The position numbers and the translations under genes are program-made. Of a stretch of DNA of 64,000 nt, positions 14,227-28,538 are shown in pieces. The stretch comes from Antedon mediterranea (taxonomy: Eukaryota > Animalia > Echinodermata): the NCBI RefSeq assembly GCF_964355755.1, contig NC_092674.1:13516001-13580000 (forward strand), read 5' to 3'. Position 1 is the first letter of the stretch, and each line of letters begins with the position of its first letter. The notes beneath the pieces were generated by a model. The model was not told the origin of the DNA. It saw nothing but the letters and a program-made list of their open reading frames with translations, and ran no database searches.

Positions 14227-14395
14227 TATTAAGAAATTTAAGTATACAATGAATTTTATTGATTACTTTCATACCTGTAGCTGTACCAGTCAGGTTCTGG
14301 TCAAGATCAATTCCAAGGTATGTGATTGAAGATTTAGCAGTTATGTTTTTATTATTACAGGTAATTTTTATTTCTGACTGTTTTCTACACATAGT
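14227..14395 (-). mobile_element. L2/Crack-type LINE fragment (part right of the Academ insertion)
   Basis: SITYLGIDLDQNL..KIHCILKFLN joins RNKKYIT at 8860 once the insertion and one TAT copy are removed. Confidence 0.8.
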
Positions 14396-14524
14396 AGTAG
14401 GCCTAGTATTGTCGTGGATGCCATTCCATTTTCAGATTGTTATTTGTAAATTAAAGTGCAATTAACCCAGCAATTGTCATATTTCATTTAGAGTAGTACG
14501 TCCTGTACGCCCTCTATAATGTTC

Positions 14525-15555
14525 CCTATTATGTCATAATTAATCATGAATTATTCATGATTTCTGCCCACGGTCGTCCTGGAAAAAAAAATTACCCGTC
14601 CTGTACTTAGAATTTACTTTGACAATAATTTGCTCACGGTTGTATGGCGGCGCCCTTCCACATAATCTTTTATCCCATCCCATCCTATTGAAACCGAATT
14701 TAGACATTTTTAAATAGATTTGATTTGGTACGCTACCAATAATACTGCTGTTTTAATAATACAGTAGAAAGATTTCTCGCCTATGTAAACAAAAGAAGGG
14801 TTACTTCTTGACACTCTCAAATGGCTTTATAGATTGTTGCTATTAATTCGGTTCGAACGTAAATGAGTTGGCAGTAAATTAATAGAATTTTTAAAAGGAA
14901 GTTAAAGAGAGGCGTATGAATGAAGGTGAGCGAATAAGGCCTATTCCACATCTTTGTGTGTGATTGATGCGTTTATACCTATTATAGAGACTTTTATATA
15001 CATTCTGTAAAAGCATGTTTCATTGTTGTTGCCGACGGATCGATTATGATGTTATGTATAATACAGGTCATGATTATTGTTATTAAAATAGGAAAATAAA
15101 CTACTAAATTGTGTTTGTGTTGTACCATGTTGTGTTTCAGTTACTGAACAACATAGTTCTGCTGGTTCTGTTACTTATATACAACAGTACTTTATAATAA
15201 TATTTAATACAATGTGCTTATATAGAATACAATTTGCTTATGTATCACTGTTTCACATTGATCAAAGCGATTGACATTATTATTACAATGTAGTAGCAGT
15301 TAACAATATATATCTCAATTATGTATTGAATGAAATTTAAAATCACTTCATTGTTTAATAATACGTTCGTTTTAATAATGCTTTTAAACCAAAATTCCGA
15401 TTTAACCAGTCTAATTTGTGCTGGATAAAGAGCAGTTCAGAGCACAGGATCGGCTAAATGCATGACAATCACCTGAAACTAGTAATTGGTTTGTGCAGAC
15501 GCCTAGTAATTGGATTGTACAGACGCCTGGTGTCATTCTCACACCGAAGTCCCTA
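14525..15555 (+). repeat. Segmental duplication block (copy at 47093-48108)
   Basis: Collinear high-identity match from tatgtcataattaatcatg to acaccgaagtccct. Confidence 0.93.
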
Positions 15556-16266
15556 TGTCAACAGAGTCCAGGACAAAACAAAGGAAACAAAACACCGAAA
15601 TGGATGGAAAATGTCATTTATTATTAAATGACGAAATAACTAAATATATAACTACTGTAATAATAATAAAGGGGGCAGCCACCATTACATTATGTAGATT
15701 ATGGTGTTGATATTACATCTAATACCTTACATTACGTGAAGGCTGCCCCTGTTGAATATATAGTATTAACAATTAGCATTCACCATTGTTACATAGATAA
15801 AGGCACCATTAATATACTTGTAAAATAACCGATAATATAATATAAAAGTTATAGGTCTATACAGAATCGTAACTAACATATCGTAGAATTAATATACATA
15901 AACAAATTGAGATATAATTATTATGGGCACACACGCCGTGCCCACGAACACATAACAAAAATTGAGATATAATAATTAATTCTATCATGAAACGGTGGAA
16001 AGAAGGGGTGGATGGAGGGAACAACAATTTATTGAAGTGTTGGTCCAAAGGAAGGCAAAAGGAAAAAGAATGTACATTACTAAAACACTTATACAAAATA
16101 TCCCCTGAACGCCAATGGGTCAAAGACATGACCTTCTCGAAGGTAAAAGCCATTAAACACGCATACAAAATATCCCCTTGAACGCCCTTGGATCAAAAGT
16201 ACATGACCTTCTCAAAGTTAAAAGCAATAACAGAACCCTTGGGAACATTCCTGAACTCTATCGACA
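15556..16266. mobile_element. Possible solo LTR
   Basis: About 710-bp insertion absent from the paralog at ~48105; TG..CA ends with imperfect inverted termini tgtcaacagag / ctctatcgaca; no TSD found. Confidence 0.4.
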
Positions 16267-18559
16267 CAAACCCAAGTTTCATTTGGTGAAAAATGTTCTT
16301 TTCTGTTAAAACCGGGTCTAGTAAAATCTCGAAGGTACTCTGACGCTAGATTATCGAGACAATTATGAACATTCAAATGTCTTACATTGAATTCTACAAT
16401 GTAAAGGAAGCGTTTTGTAATATTTTAATTTTTTTACCAAAGATACCAACAAACTCTGTGTTACATTAGCCCAGTCAACAAAGTGACCATTGGCATTAGC
16501 GCACGTCGTATTAACTTAAAACTTTCTAATTCTGCATAGACCTCTCGCTCACCCTCTATTAAGTGTGGACGATGGACTGTTAAACTGATAAAAAACCTCG
16601 GTTACCATATAATTATTGAAATTACTATTTGTAAAATAAACCTAGTCTGGTTGTCAGTGCCATTTTTAGACTAAATAAGATGAAGAATATAACAGTTTAA
16701 AGTACCATGCTTATTATTCGGGGCGGGGTGGTTATTAGGGGTTGGGGGGTTCATTCGTGAGAGGCGTTTTTTGATAAAATTTCATAATAAAATAAAATCC
16801 CATATATGAACAAACCTGTCTTTAGATATAAAGAATATTAACACAAACACAGAATCTGTATTATCAAGATACTGATTGGTGGCCCATCTATTGTCCTTTT
16901 GTTGTTTTACATCCTTTATTACTGTATGTTAATTTCATTGTTATGTATTGCTTTTGCTATTTTTGAGTGTTTAGTAAATGTATTTGTTAGTATGGGGCAA
17001 ACCTTTAACTAACGAAATCTTTTTTTTTGCTCCAATTTGCTTTTGATATTGGTGAATAAAGAAGAATATAAAATACAATTGTATTTAATATAATGATAGA
17101 GTTAACGATTGTATCAAAATGATTGGTAAATTGTAGGTATAGCAGTCAATGAATTCTTCCACAAATAGAATTGTGTTTGTCTTATAAAACAATATTGTGC
17201 GTATTAATATATGTGGCGGGTGGAGGTTGGATATTCCAAATATGTTTCATGTGGGAGAGGGCGTTTATTCAAATAAATGCAGTAGGCCTAATTGATATAA
17301 TCAATACATTATTTAGTTTAAATCAAACACCAAATAATGAAAATCACTAATGGGCCATTTCGGTACAAGCAAGACGTTTTCAAACGGCTTGCAACACCAT
17401 GGGCCACAGCATCCCGGGTCTCAACGGCGATACACATGCAGATAACGCACAATTGATTTGATGTTTTTATGGGGTTTTTTTTGCAGTATATATTTTATTT
17501 CGCTTAAGTTCAGTCTACACTATCAAACTTTATGTGAAAAAAAAGTGATGTGCCCATATATGGACATGATTATGTCATATCACTACCATATTTGGGTACA
17601 GTACATTACACTTTTTTACATTTTATGTTATCTACATTTGTTATTCAACGTATAAAATGGAACTTCGTGTAATCGCTGATGGGATAGCGACATAACCTGA
17701 CACTTTGCTGGTTTCAATAACAGTAGGTTGGCTGTAGACCACTTTGCAATATACTCTACTACGACGTCCCCTTGTAATGATTATATCACAATCTGAGCGA
17801 ATACATCTTGGAAAGAACGTGTCATCCGCGTATTGTCATGGTTTATTTTGTAAATGTAGTTGCAAAACGCATCATATCAGTAACGCCATCAGGCCCAGGA
17901 TGTTTGTGTGTAGGCGTTTTAAATATTTTATTTAATATCCGATCAGGATGAATATACAGATCCGTAAGTTTAGGAACATATAGACATGGCGACGTGATTT
18001 CGTTCGTACTACCATTTTGATCAGTAAAGTACGATGCAAACAACGAGTTGAATCCCTAAGATTTTATTAGGGTCATTACAAACAGAATCATTTAAAAGAC
18101 AAGTTGTCTACACAGGTTCTCTTTGACTTAATAAAAGACCAACACTGTTTTAAGTTATCAGATTTGTTCATTAGATTATACAACGATCGGCTATAAGAAC
18201 ATTCAATTGAATATTTTATTTTATTTCATAGGCTATTCTCTGTATCCCAGTCATATCAGCCTTTCCAGTTTGCTTCTGGTCTTTAGTGATTCATGACCTC
18301 AATTGACGTTTCCCTCCTATATTATTATACGTTTCATGTAACACATTATCAATTCCTTTAACTTTTAAAATTATATTCCTATGATGGGTGTGGACAGTAG
18401 ACATAATCAATGATAAATGACATTTCGCGTATTATCATAATTCATTCTCGGTAACAGTAGGTTCAGTTCTGTGGTGGGTCAAATTCCATACAATAAACAT
18501 TAAATTGGCGGATGGTCAAACATTGTAGTTTTATTTTTCCCTGTTCATACCTATATTTT

Positions 18560-19200
18560 TTATTTTATTTTATTCAGTTGACAACCAACTAAACATAAAC
18601 ATAATAAACTATAATAATACATTCAAATATACAACAATAACATAAACAAAAATCGGAACATCATAGAGATTTAACAATTTTACCATTAAATACATTTAAA
18701 CTATCATAAAATAAATCAAAAAAGCACACTATTAAATGTGTTAGGTAACTGCTGAAAAATACATGTTTTGTGCATTCAACACGACCACAAGGAACGTGAA
18801 GCAAACACTTACTGCGAGTACCAGTTGGTATATTCAACTTAAACAAAGCAACAAGAGGACAATAATAAACAGAATTGAAAGAGTTGTATAAAAATACCAT
18901 ATAAAAAACAACTCGATTTTCGAGAGAAATAAGAGTAACATTATAATTAGGACAAGTGCGAGTAAAGAATGTAATAAATTTGTTATGAACATTAGAAATA
19001 CGCCGAGATTGTGTACAAGAAATTGAATTAAAAATGACTGAACAATATTCCGGGTGGGGGCGCACGATTGAAAATAGGCTTTCGCTGATTATACTATGTC
19101 CAAGAAAAACCCGTCGTGTTATTTTAACATTCTTACTACATCAAGACGTAACTGAGATTTCAAAACAACAGTCCTAAGTAGCATTTCTGTTACCAATCTC
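18560..19200 (-). mobile_element. Degenerate CR1/Jockey-group LINE 3' fragment
   Basis: VRPHPEYCSVIFNS..RISNVHNKF resembles the VRPxLEYCSxVW motif downstream of LINE RT; boundaries approximate. Confidence 0.6.
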
Positions 19201-19444
19201 AACTGTGTTGCCTCCAAATAATAACACTAGGTATATTACCCGGGTCGTTATATGTTGGGTTTTGTACATATGTAGGGGACACCTCATGAAACGTCACCAA
19301 AAACATGCATAATTCAGTAGTCATATGCGTCTTGCCCGGGTCTTGTCTTGTTGAGAACCATTTTTTTTTTGTCTTGTTGCTACAGCTGGTGGCGCATTGT
19401 TTTTTTTTTTGGGGGGGGGGGGGGAAATTGAAATAATAAAAAAA

Positions 19445-19608
19445 AAATATTACAAAGTGCGACAGCAGTTATTACAAAGTGCGAAATGAGTTTTTACAAA
19501 GTGTGAGAGCTCGAATGTTATCACAAAGTGTGACAGTTTTGTCACCATGTGCGCGCAACAGGTATTACAAAGTATTATGTGACGATTATTACAAAGTGCG
19601 ACAGTACA
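19445..19608. repeat. Short repeats of (tt)attacaaagtgcgaca, probably the subterminal repeats of an unclassified non-autonomous DNA element
   Basis: About six imperfect copies of the motif, ending in ..acagtaca. Confidence 0.5.
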
Positions 19609-20040
19609 AAGAGGGTTTACAGATAGTTATTATATATGCGATGTTTTTTTTTTCAAGACAGTTTATCAGGAACCGATCCTATTTTTGTTCTTTCTTGAGT
19701 TAAGTTTCGGGATCATTAATTTGAAAAATAATAGTTCTTTGGTGAGATCTTGCTTGGAGGTTTCCAGGTCCCGGGGTTTAAATGACCGCGACTTTTAAAC
19801 TATCATTGGTTGATCTAACTGCCCAATGTCAAGATTAACCTTGACGAAGTATTCTCGACAATACAGTAATCCTCGATACAAAATATGAAATGATATATGA
19901 CTCGCAATGTGAGTTGGTTCATTTAGGTATGCTATGTACGCCGGTATGCTCTTTAAATTTTAAAATTAAATATTTATTTAATCACACTGAATTATATAAT
20001 AACAATAATAATAATAATTATTAATATGTGTAACACTTAC

Positions 20041-20139
20041 ATTACTTAGAAGATCCAATTTAGCACCAGCCTTGAGCAAAATAGTGCAAACATCTGTGTG
20101 GCCGTTTTGTGCAGCGACATATAAAGGTGACACTCCATC
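20041..20139 (-). CDS. Internal exon encoding one ankyrin repeat (DGVSPLYVAAQNGHTDVCTILLKAGAKLDLLSN)
   Basis: 99 bp = 33 codons, open; minus-strand acceptor tttcag and donor gtaagt; phase 0-0; matches the ankyrin consensus G-x-[TS]PL-xx-AA-xx-GH-xx-V-xx-LL-xx-GA. Confidence 0.9.
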
Positions 20140-21357
20140 CTGAAACATTACAAACATGATGTTATAGTATTTTTCACTCTAAACAAAGTATTAATATTGT
20201 ACTGAAATCAATAAGATGTTATCAATTAAAAATAACGTTATGGATTCAAATAATGTTACTTTGTTAAATTAAATAAAGATTATTTACCACTGGTGTTTAC
20301 TTTAAGATAATGTATTTTATACGTATACATTTGTCTTGTTTGTATAGTATTGTTCATATAGGCCTAAGTACTAAACAAATGTAAACCAAATAAGTGTTTC
20401 TTTGCCTTTATCAGGTAGTGCTAACGAGTGAAAATTATGATAAAGTGGCGTTTGAACTGGCAGTTATGACAAAAAATATAATACTAGGATCCAAAGTCTG
20501 TTCAACTAAATACTTACTATTGGTTTTGTTTTAGAGTTACTGGGCTGGAATATTTTTTTATATTTTTTTATTTTTTTTTTTAAAGATGTTTTACTAAATC
20601 AAATTGATATATCGATTCATATCCATTTAATGTATCATTTGCATAAAATGAATAATGTAGCTCGTACAGAACAACACAATACAGAAACAGAAAAGTCACC
20701 ATTAAAAAAAAATCATTCTCTAACATTCAGTGTTCTAAAGGCAGATGTTAAAACTATTACGAAATCTATTTGCACGAGGGGTGATGGACCGCTTCTTTGA
20801 ACTTCAAAAATAGTGCATGCGATAGGTTGGGTCTTGTAAAATCGAATGTGTTTTCTTAGTAAAGTATCTAATGATTCAAATTGAGATCTGCTTGAGATCT
20901 GCTCTGCTCGTTTGAGTTCAAACGTGTCCTTTTGTGCCATTTTGATACCCTTACCCTTAATTGGTCGTGCCATTTAAGATCACAAGTGATTTACTTACAA
21001 TCTCATCTTCAGAGTGGGTACCGTATTAATTTCTTATTGTAGGTGATTTTACGTTATAAAATGTCGTCATTGTTTTCAATTGTTTTCACCTGCTTTGATA
21101 GAGACAATACTGTTAATAATTGTTTATTAGTAAACACATAGGGTACCCAAAACCAACCCAGTGTATTTGTGCACATAATAGTGTGTAACATTTGTAATTC
21201 AGAGCGTTTATTTGACACGAAAAAGCATGTGAACTCCTGAAAACGTACATAATCATAATTATAATGTAGTACATATTGATTTTTGACGTAATGATTGTTG
21301 TTGTTTTTTTAGACCACAGTAAGCGGTTGGTGTAACTTCACATTAATGATATATTGA

Positions 21358-23501
21358 TACTTGCTTGATACTTGCTTGATGTTATGGGTCGGTTAGAAAG
21401 CTAAATATAGCTTATATGACCCTTCCTGTCTTCTTATAACTCCGCGCTCCAGGTGTACACATAATGTTCCAAAGTGATTATAAATATGAAAAGGTAAACT
21501 TGCAGTCAAGGGACTTCCAATGACCATTGAGGAGTGACTTGAACAGATTTATATTTGGAGCTTTTACAATATTAGATGGTAAGTTATTCCACGAGTCCAC
21601 AACTCTACAACTGAAGGAAAACTTCCTGGAATTAAGCCTAAACTTGTTTTTATATAGCTTGTATTCATGACCTCTAGTTCCATGACAATCAACAAATGTA
21701 AAAAACTTTCTGCATTCAATAGCGTCAAGACCATTTATAATTCTGAAGATTTGGATCATATCCGCTCTTAATCGTCTGTACTCCAGTGTAGGTAAACCCA
21801 AAAACTTCAATCTATACGGATATGCCAAATGTTTTATTTCTGACAATGATTTGGTAGCTCTTCGTTGAACCGACTCGATTTTCTTAATCAGTCCAATTTG
21901 ATGAGGTGCCCAGACACAACAGTTAAATTCCAAGATAGGGCGGACTAAAGATTTGTATAGACTAAGAAACATATCCTTATCGTTGTAACAAAAAGTCCTT
22001 TTGATGAGACCCACTATTTTATTTGCCTTAGCAACACAGCAATTTATATGATAATCAAAGTTCAATTTGTGATCAAAGTATACTCCAAGATCCTTTTTTA
22101 TAGCAGTCTCTTCAATTTTAACTTTATCTTGTACATTTACAAAATACTCATTCTTCTCATTTGTTTTCCCCATATACAACATCTTGCACTTGTTGGCATT
22201 GAAAGGAGTTGCCATCTGGTCGATCAATTAAACATATTATCAAGTGAGATCTGCAATTTTTCTTTGGATTCCCTATAATCATAAACTTTAGTATCATCAG
22301 CGAACATCTTAACTTCTGATACTGCAACTTCAGGCAAGTCATTGATAAAGAGTAAGAATAAAATCGGACCAAGCACACTTCCTTGCGGAACACCACTTAT
22401 CACATCAGACCATTTCGACAGAGTCCCATTTAACATTACTCGTTGTCTTCTACCTTTTAAGAAGTCTTGAATCCAATTATAGACGCTACCGGAGATACCA
22501 TAAGCTTCAACCTTCCTTAACAGTCTCATATGAGGTACAGAATCGAAGGCCTTTTGGAAGTCTAAATATGCCACATCAATATCACGCCCATCATCTAAAA
22601 GCTTAGACCAATGTTCTACTATCTCTAATAGTTGCGTTGTTGTGGATCTACCGGACCTAAAGCCATGTTGATGTTCCGATAATAAGTTATTGTTGACAAA
22701 TTGCTTAATTAAAGAATCTCTAATAATGCTTTCCATAACTTTACAACATACAGCAGTCAAGCTAACAGGCCGATAATTATTTACTTCCACCCTGCTTCTT
22801 TTTTAAAAAATAGGTACAATAATTATGAGCTTCTTTCCAATTCCGAGGAACAATACCTTCTTTCAATGAATTAGAAAAAATTGTACTTAGCGGCTCAGAA
22901 ATATAAGCTCTGCACTCTCTTAAAATCATAGGGTGAATACCATCAGGTCCTGGACTTTTAGTCACATTTAACTTCTTTAAATATTTTTCAACGATTTGGG
23001 GTGATATTTCAACTTCAGAACAAACTGTATCAAAAACTCTTCTTTGAAACTCTGGTACGTTATCAATATCTTCCCTTACAAAAACTGTAGAGAAAAAAAG
23101 TATTAAGTATCTCAGTCTTGGACTGATCATCACTGTGTGCCACATTGTTCTCATCTTTCAGGGATGGTAGTCTCGCTTTAACCTTGGTTTTGGAGTTTAC
23201 ATATCGCTAGAATGATTTGGGTTTCTCTTTTATTTCGGAAGCAATCATTTTTTCAAAGTTCCAAATGGCCTTCCTTTTCATGGATGTTACTTTATTTCTA
23301 GCATCTTTAAATTTTGCTTTATTAGATCTGCTTGGACAATGGTTATACCTAAACCATGCTTTTGTTTTAAGCTTTATCATTTTCTTCATACCCTTGTTTA
23401 TCCAAAGAGGCTCTTTGACCTTACTGTTGTCCCCATTTTTTGCCTTGGGAATGTGTCGTCCACTAGTTTCTGCAATAATTTCATTAAACAAATTCCAACA
23501 C
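21358..23501 (-). mobile_element. 5'-truncated CR1 LINE, frameshifted ORF2
   Basis: Consecutive ORFs with KSPGPDGIHP, NYRPVSLT, QHGFRSGRS, YLDFQKAFDSVPH, GVPQGSVLGP, MFADDTK, LVRPILE, TRGHEYKL and WNNLP. 3' tail of (atcaagcaagt)n repeats; ttga at both junctions; empty site in the paralog at ~41739. Confidence 0.93.
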
Positions 23502-23591
23502 TTGAAACATCATAATGTTAATTAGTCACCTATAATATGGTCATTTGCCATATACGATGATTTAAAAATTCAGAGTTTTAATATTATAGTA

Positions 23592-23800
23592 TTACAGTTG
23601 AATCTTCGTGAGTGGTCACCTCCCTTAACGGTCGTAGTTTCAAAAGACCGTTTGTTCTTCATCTAATTAGTGGACCACCTGTAAGCAGCCATCTCATGTG
23701 AGCAGCCGAAGCAAATTTGTTTACAACACATCAGATTGTTTGTATGGTAAATTACCTCCCTTAAGCGGCCACACACAAAAATTGGCTGCAGTCGCGTGCG
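23592..23800. mobile_element. Tc1/pogo-like MITE remnant (paralog at 41828-42430)
   Basis: TA|CAGT start followed by repeated gcggccacctccc-type motifs; shared by two cassette copies. Confidence 0.45.
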
Positions 23801-24796
23801 CAAATGTTAGCTTAGTATTTACCGACCGACCAACCGACCGACCGACCGACATAGTGAGCTGTAGAGTTTGCACGCGACTAAAAATACAATTTTGATACTT
23901 ATATTGATATTTCTGTATAAAGAACATTTCTGTGTGTTTTTAGATGAGATGAGAAAACTACACAGATTTTGATTGACTGAAGAAATGATTTGCACATTTG
24001 TAGAATACCTTTTGCTCATTTAACGTCAAAACTGATCGTTTTTACATTTAACGGCGAGATGTTTGCACATTTGCGGGTAATGAATGTTTACATATTTGTA
24101 CATTTGAAGATAAAATGTTTGCACAAAATGTTGTTGTTTGCACATTTGAAGGTAAAATGTTAGCACAAATGTGGTTGTTTGCACAAACGTGACTTTTTTC
24201 ACATTTAACGGCTCCACACGGGCACTACACGGGAGAAGCCCTTGATCAATGTTAGGACCAATCAAGGTACTTTAAACAGTCATGGCTTAGTCATCACTCA
24301 GATAAATGTAAGAATAAAATGACACTGCTGCCACTACAGACGTCGTATGCATAGTCAATTAAGACTGATGTAGGCCAAAACAATAATAAAAAATGCTGTA
24401 TAAATTTAGTTACACAAATACAAATATGAAATCATGAGAAGAAACACTCGGGAATTTACCATCTTAGAATTATATTCATGGCTAATGCCTCTATGTTAAT
24501 ATTTGAAGTAATCATCGGCTATCGCAGACGCCTACATCGGATGTAGGCATAGGTGTTTACACATGTGTTGGAAAATCAAATATTCGTTAATAGATCGTAT
24601 AGATAGATAGATCGTTGTTTTCTTTGTTTTACTAAATAATGAAAATAACGATTTAATCGAGTCGTCTTTAGATTTGCAAGTAACAGAGAAGCATATATTT
24701 TGTCCATTGTCAGATGGTTATTGGATCTGTGTTGTTGATTACCCTAATACTTATAGAATTAACCGCTTTAAGTCACAGTGCATAGTAGGTATTAAC

Positions 24797-24825
24797 CAGG
24801 GAGATGTAAAATATACATCTCCCTG
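24797..24825. repeat. 29-bp palindromic insertion with near-perfect 8-bp TSD
   Basis: CAGGGAGATGTA-AAATA-TACATCTCCCTG, flanked by gtattaac / gtattaat. Confidence 0.6.
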
Positions 24826-25677
24826 GTATTAATGTATTAGAACTTTAGTAACTGCCATTTTCCGATATCTACTTTCGACTCAATGTATTTCATTTTTTTT
24901 ATGAATATGAACAGTTTGTCTTAAATGAAAGTTAAATTGAATTTGAATTGCGTGTTTATTGTATTAACAATTGTCTGTAATTTTAGTATTAATTTGTTTA
25001 ATATGTTCTTATGAGGGTTAATTTTACAGGAACAACTTGGTACTTTTTTTAAAATTCTTTTTTTGGAAATTATTGCAATTAAAGCGTAATTTTAATTAAT
25101 TAATTAATTAATTTTGAATTAAAATTCAGCAATCGTCATATTCCATTTGGAATACTACGTCCTGTAAAATGACAAGAATTTACTCATGGTTGTATTATGG
25201 CGCCCTTCCTTATAGCTTTTAATCGCATCCACTCCTATTACTACTGCAACCGTATTTGAAACATTTTTAAACATATTTTTGATTTGAAAATAACCGTTGA
25301 ACAAAAGGTCATGTAGCTAGATCATTACGTAATCTTCAACACGCCCGTTAATTCATAGAACAACAGAGTCTATAACACTATAATCGGGTCCTGAGTTTTA
25401 GGTCCAACTTGTAAAGTTCTTTACCATGTCTTTCCACAATGAAATATAAAGTATATAGTTGAGAGTGTTTTGATGATGATGAAATCGGTAGACGATTTGA
25501 AAATTGCCTTGTGTTAAAGAATAAGCTTGTTTTGTCAATTTGTTGAGATTTCTACATAAACGTTCATAACGTTTGACCTAGTTATCCAATGATATTGGCT
25601 GTTCCTTCATGCAAAAGCTAATCAATCAAGCTTTCTAATGACCTTAAGTAAAATGTGATTGGTTCTTCGGCTAGTGT

Positions 25678-26485
25678 TAAAGGAGAGGCGAGAATTTTCG
25701 AAGTCGCCAAACCTTTCCTTAGCAGTCAGAACGTAACGTTAAAACTAAAATTACAGTTGCTGAAAAACTAATCCAATTTTTTTCACAAAATGCAAAAGTT
25801 ATTATCCCTTATTTTTAGTATGTAAATGTATTTAAGATTAGGGTACAGGATTCTTTATATAAGTAGTTTTAAAACACTTGGTTTATTTGAAAACCACCAG
25901 CGTGGTTTTGCCGTATTGGCGGACTCGTCCATTTTACTAATAGGAATAGGATTGTAGCACATACATAAAACGTTGAATTTGGCCTATACGGTTTCCATTT
26001 CTGTTTTCTAATGTAAAATTAAAATTATATTATTAGTATCTCTATGTAATATATTCACATTGTACTATACTAGTTAGCATCTACATACCGTTATACTGCA
26101 CTTTGTTTTGATGATATTTTAATGAAATTGTATACACAGGGAGTTGGTATACCATTGGTTCTACTAAAATTATTATTACTTTTATTTGTTTGTGCAATAT
26201 TTGAAGAGTGCTACAAAAATAGAAATAATTTAAATATACTATATTTAACAGATTAAGTGTACGCACTATGCCTATGGAACAGATTACCTATCAGACGTAG
26301 TTTAGTATGACACATCTGATATTCTATTATTATAATTATTTTGTTTTATTTATTGTAATGCGCCGTGTTCTTTAGATCTTTGATTGTATATTGTTTTTCA
26401 ATAAGCGTGCGGAGGATTCAGGTATTTTCTCTTAGTATTAAAGCGTAACACCGCGGCTTTAAAATGTATATTGCTTATTATAAAA
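25678..26485 (+). repeat. Segmental duplication block (copy at 37735-38550)
   Basis: Collinear high-identity match starting aaaggagaggcga..tttcgaagtcgccaaacc. Confidence 0.93.
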
Positions 26486-27799
26486 TCATTTAGGTATATT
26501 TATTCATAAAAAGACATCAAAATACAACGGCAGCCAAAAGGCTGAAAAGTAGTATTTTACAAAATTTGATAAAAATATATAAATACATTATGTATAAAAG
26601 GTAAAACTAAAAAAAAAAAAAAAAAATAATAATAATAATAATTTACCACATTAAAATTGGTCCACCTGTAAGTTAAAATAGTGCCAGCCTATTCAATATT
26701 CATCATTAATGAGTCGGACTAAAAAAGGGACTGGTGAAGATCTAAATCTTTCTGTACGACCAAACGGGAATAAACCTAAATAAATAAATAAATATAAACC
26801 TTTTAATCAACATTGGTATAACCCTGCCTAATTTTAGACAGCACTCAGGCAAAAGTTTAGTAGCTTCTTTAAAAAAAAGTTGTTCTATAAGACAATACTA
26901 CAGTCTGTACGCGTGTGAAGTGGAACTAATTCGCCTTTAAAAACTAGTTTTAAAATATCAGTTAATTAACCTTTTAAATAGCTGATAATCAAAGATGTGC
27001 GCGCGTGCAAATTAACAATAGAAATTAATATTTATTTATTATTTTTTCTATTCGAAAAACGTTGTTGTTATGGAACACAGTAAGTGATTGGTGTAACTTC
27101 ACACTAACGATATATTGAAACATTATATTAATTAGTCTCCTTTACATAGACCTTGGTCATATGCGATGATTTGAAATTCAGATAAGTTTAGTATTGATAT
27201 TATGTTACTGAGGTGTAGTAGTCTGCTACATGCAATGTGGATTGTTAAACATTTTAATTTATTGATGATACAAAGTACATTATTATTGTAATCGAATTAG
27301 TCATGATATACGATGAATTTAAATCAGTGTTTGCATAATGTTATGAGGTATAGTGGTATTATATTATTATTGTAACCGAATTAACATTTTTAATGTTTTA
27401 TAGAATACAAATACTGGTACGTAATGTCCGACACTCCACACTAAACATGGCCATGCATTTAATACTAAACATTGTATTACATTACATTTCAGAATGTTAT
27501 GACTTACTTTGTATCGAAACTATACTGACCTAAGGAATACATAGACTTTTGTCAAATCATATCCTTTTTTGTATCGTTGGATAGTTTAGACCCAACCCTA
27601 AGTAATATGAAAGCAATATTTAGAAAATAAATATTATATCTATAATCCGAATGTGGATATTGGTATAATATGAATAATTAAAGGACTTTCTCTCTGGGCT
27701 TCCGAATTAAGTGAAGTAGACATTATTTTATTATGACGTACATTAGTAACGTTTTACCGCTACTTTTAATGAAGATAATCATGTAACTACTAATCACCA

Positions 27800-27957
27800 G
27801 ATGTAAACAACAAACGCAGTGCATCAGAGGCCGTTTGGATCCGACGAAGAGGAACCCAACCCATCAACAGAGACGAAGGCGCCCATCAGACACGTGAATG
27901 AACCTGTCATTTCTTCAGAAGGATCTGTCCGAGCAGGACAGCGAAATTCCCAAGCAG
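27800..27957 (+). pseudogene. Exon-like relic on the strand opposite the ankyrin exons (copies at 44968-45035 and 62553-62695)
   Basis: GC-richer island reading SDEEEPNPSTETKAPIRHVNEPVISSEGSVRAGQRNSQA and ending GCAG|gttagt; the other two copies have in-frame TGA. Confidence 0.35.
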
Positions 27958-28538
27958 GTTAGTTTCACTAATTGTTTTTTTTTCCGAAAATAATTAATAC
28001 ATTTCACATGCCGTATCGTTACATAAAATGCAGAGTGTACATAATCTCCGCGAAGCCATATTAGTTATGTCATTAACATGCATACTAGTCTAGGACAAAT
28101 ATCTGAAAAGAGGCCTAGAAATCAAGATAATAATAATAATATTAATAAGATAGGGGAAGTGGAATGCTACAGGCAGCCAACATAGCCAAATATTCTATTT
28201 AATCTCTTCTGATCACTCTAAGCTTTGTTGACACAATGTTTTGCCTAGACTATAGTCGTCTTATACTAATACCGGTACGTGTAATTTCCACATGATATCA
28301 CGCTTTTCCGCTAGACAACATCGACCAAAAATCTCATCCCCTCCCCTTAAAACTCATGTCTACTATTCTGTTGTACCATGATACCATGATACATTTCAAC
28401 AAACATTCTTGTTTTGAAGATGTCGATATCTTGTCACCTCTGCTTATCATTACTGTCTCAAAATAATCCACGTCAACATTGGCAAATGGTGGGGTACCGC
28501 ATGTTTTGACTTATTTTTCTCTTTTCCTTTATATTTAA

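Noticed and set aside
24530-24548. Hairpin gcctacatc-g-gatgtaggc as another P-like footprint
   Set aside because: Only 9-bp arms, with no CANRG termini or TSD.
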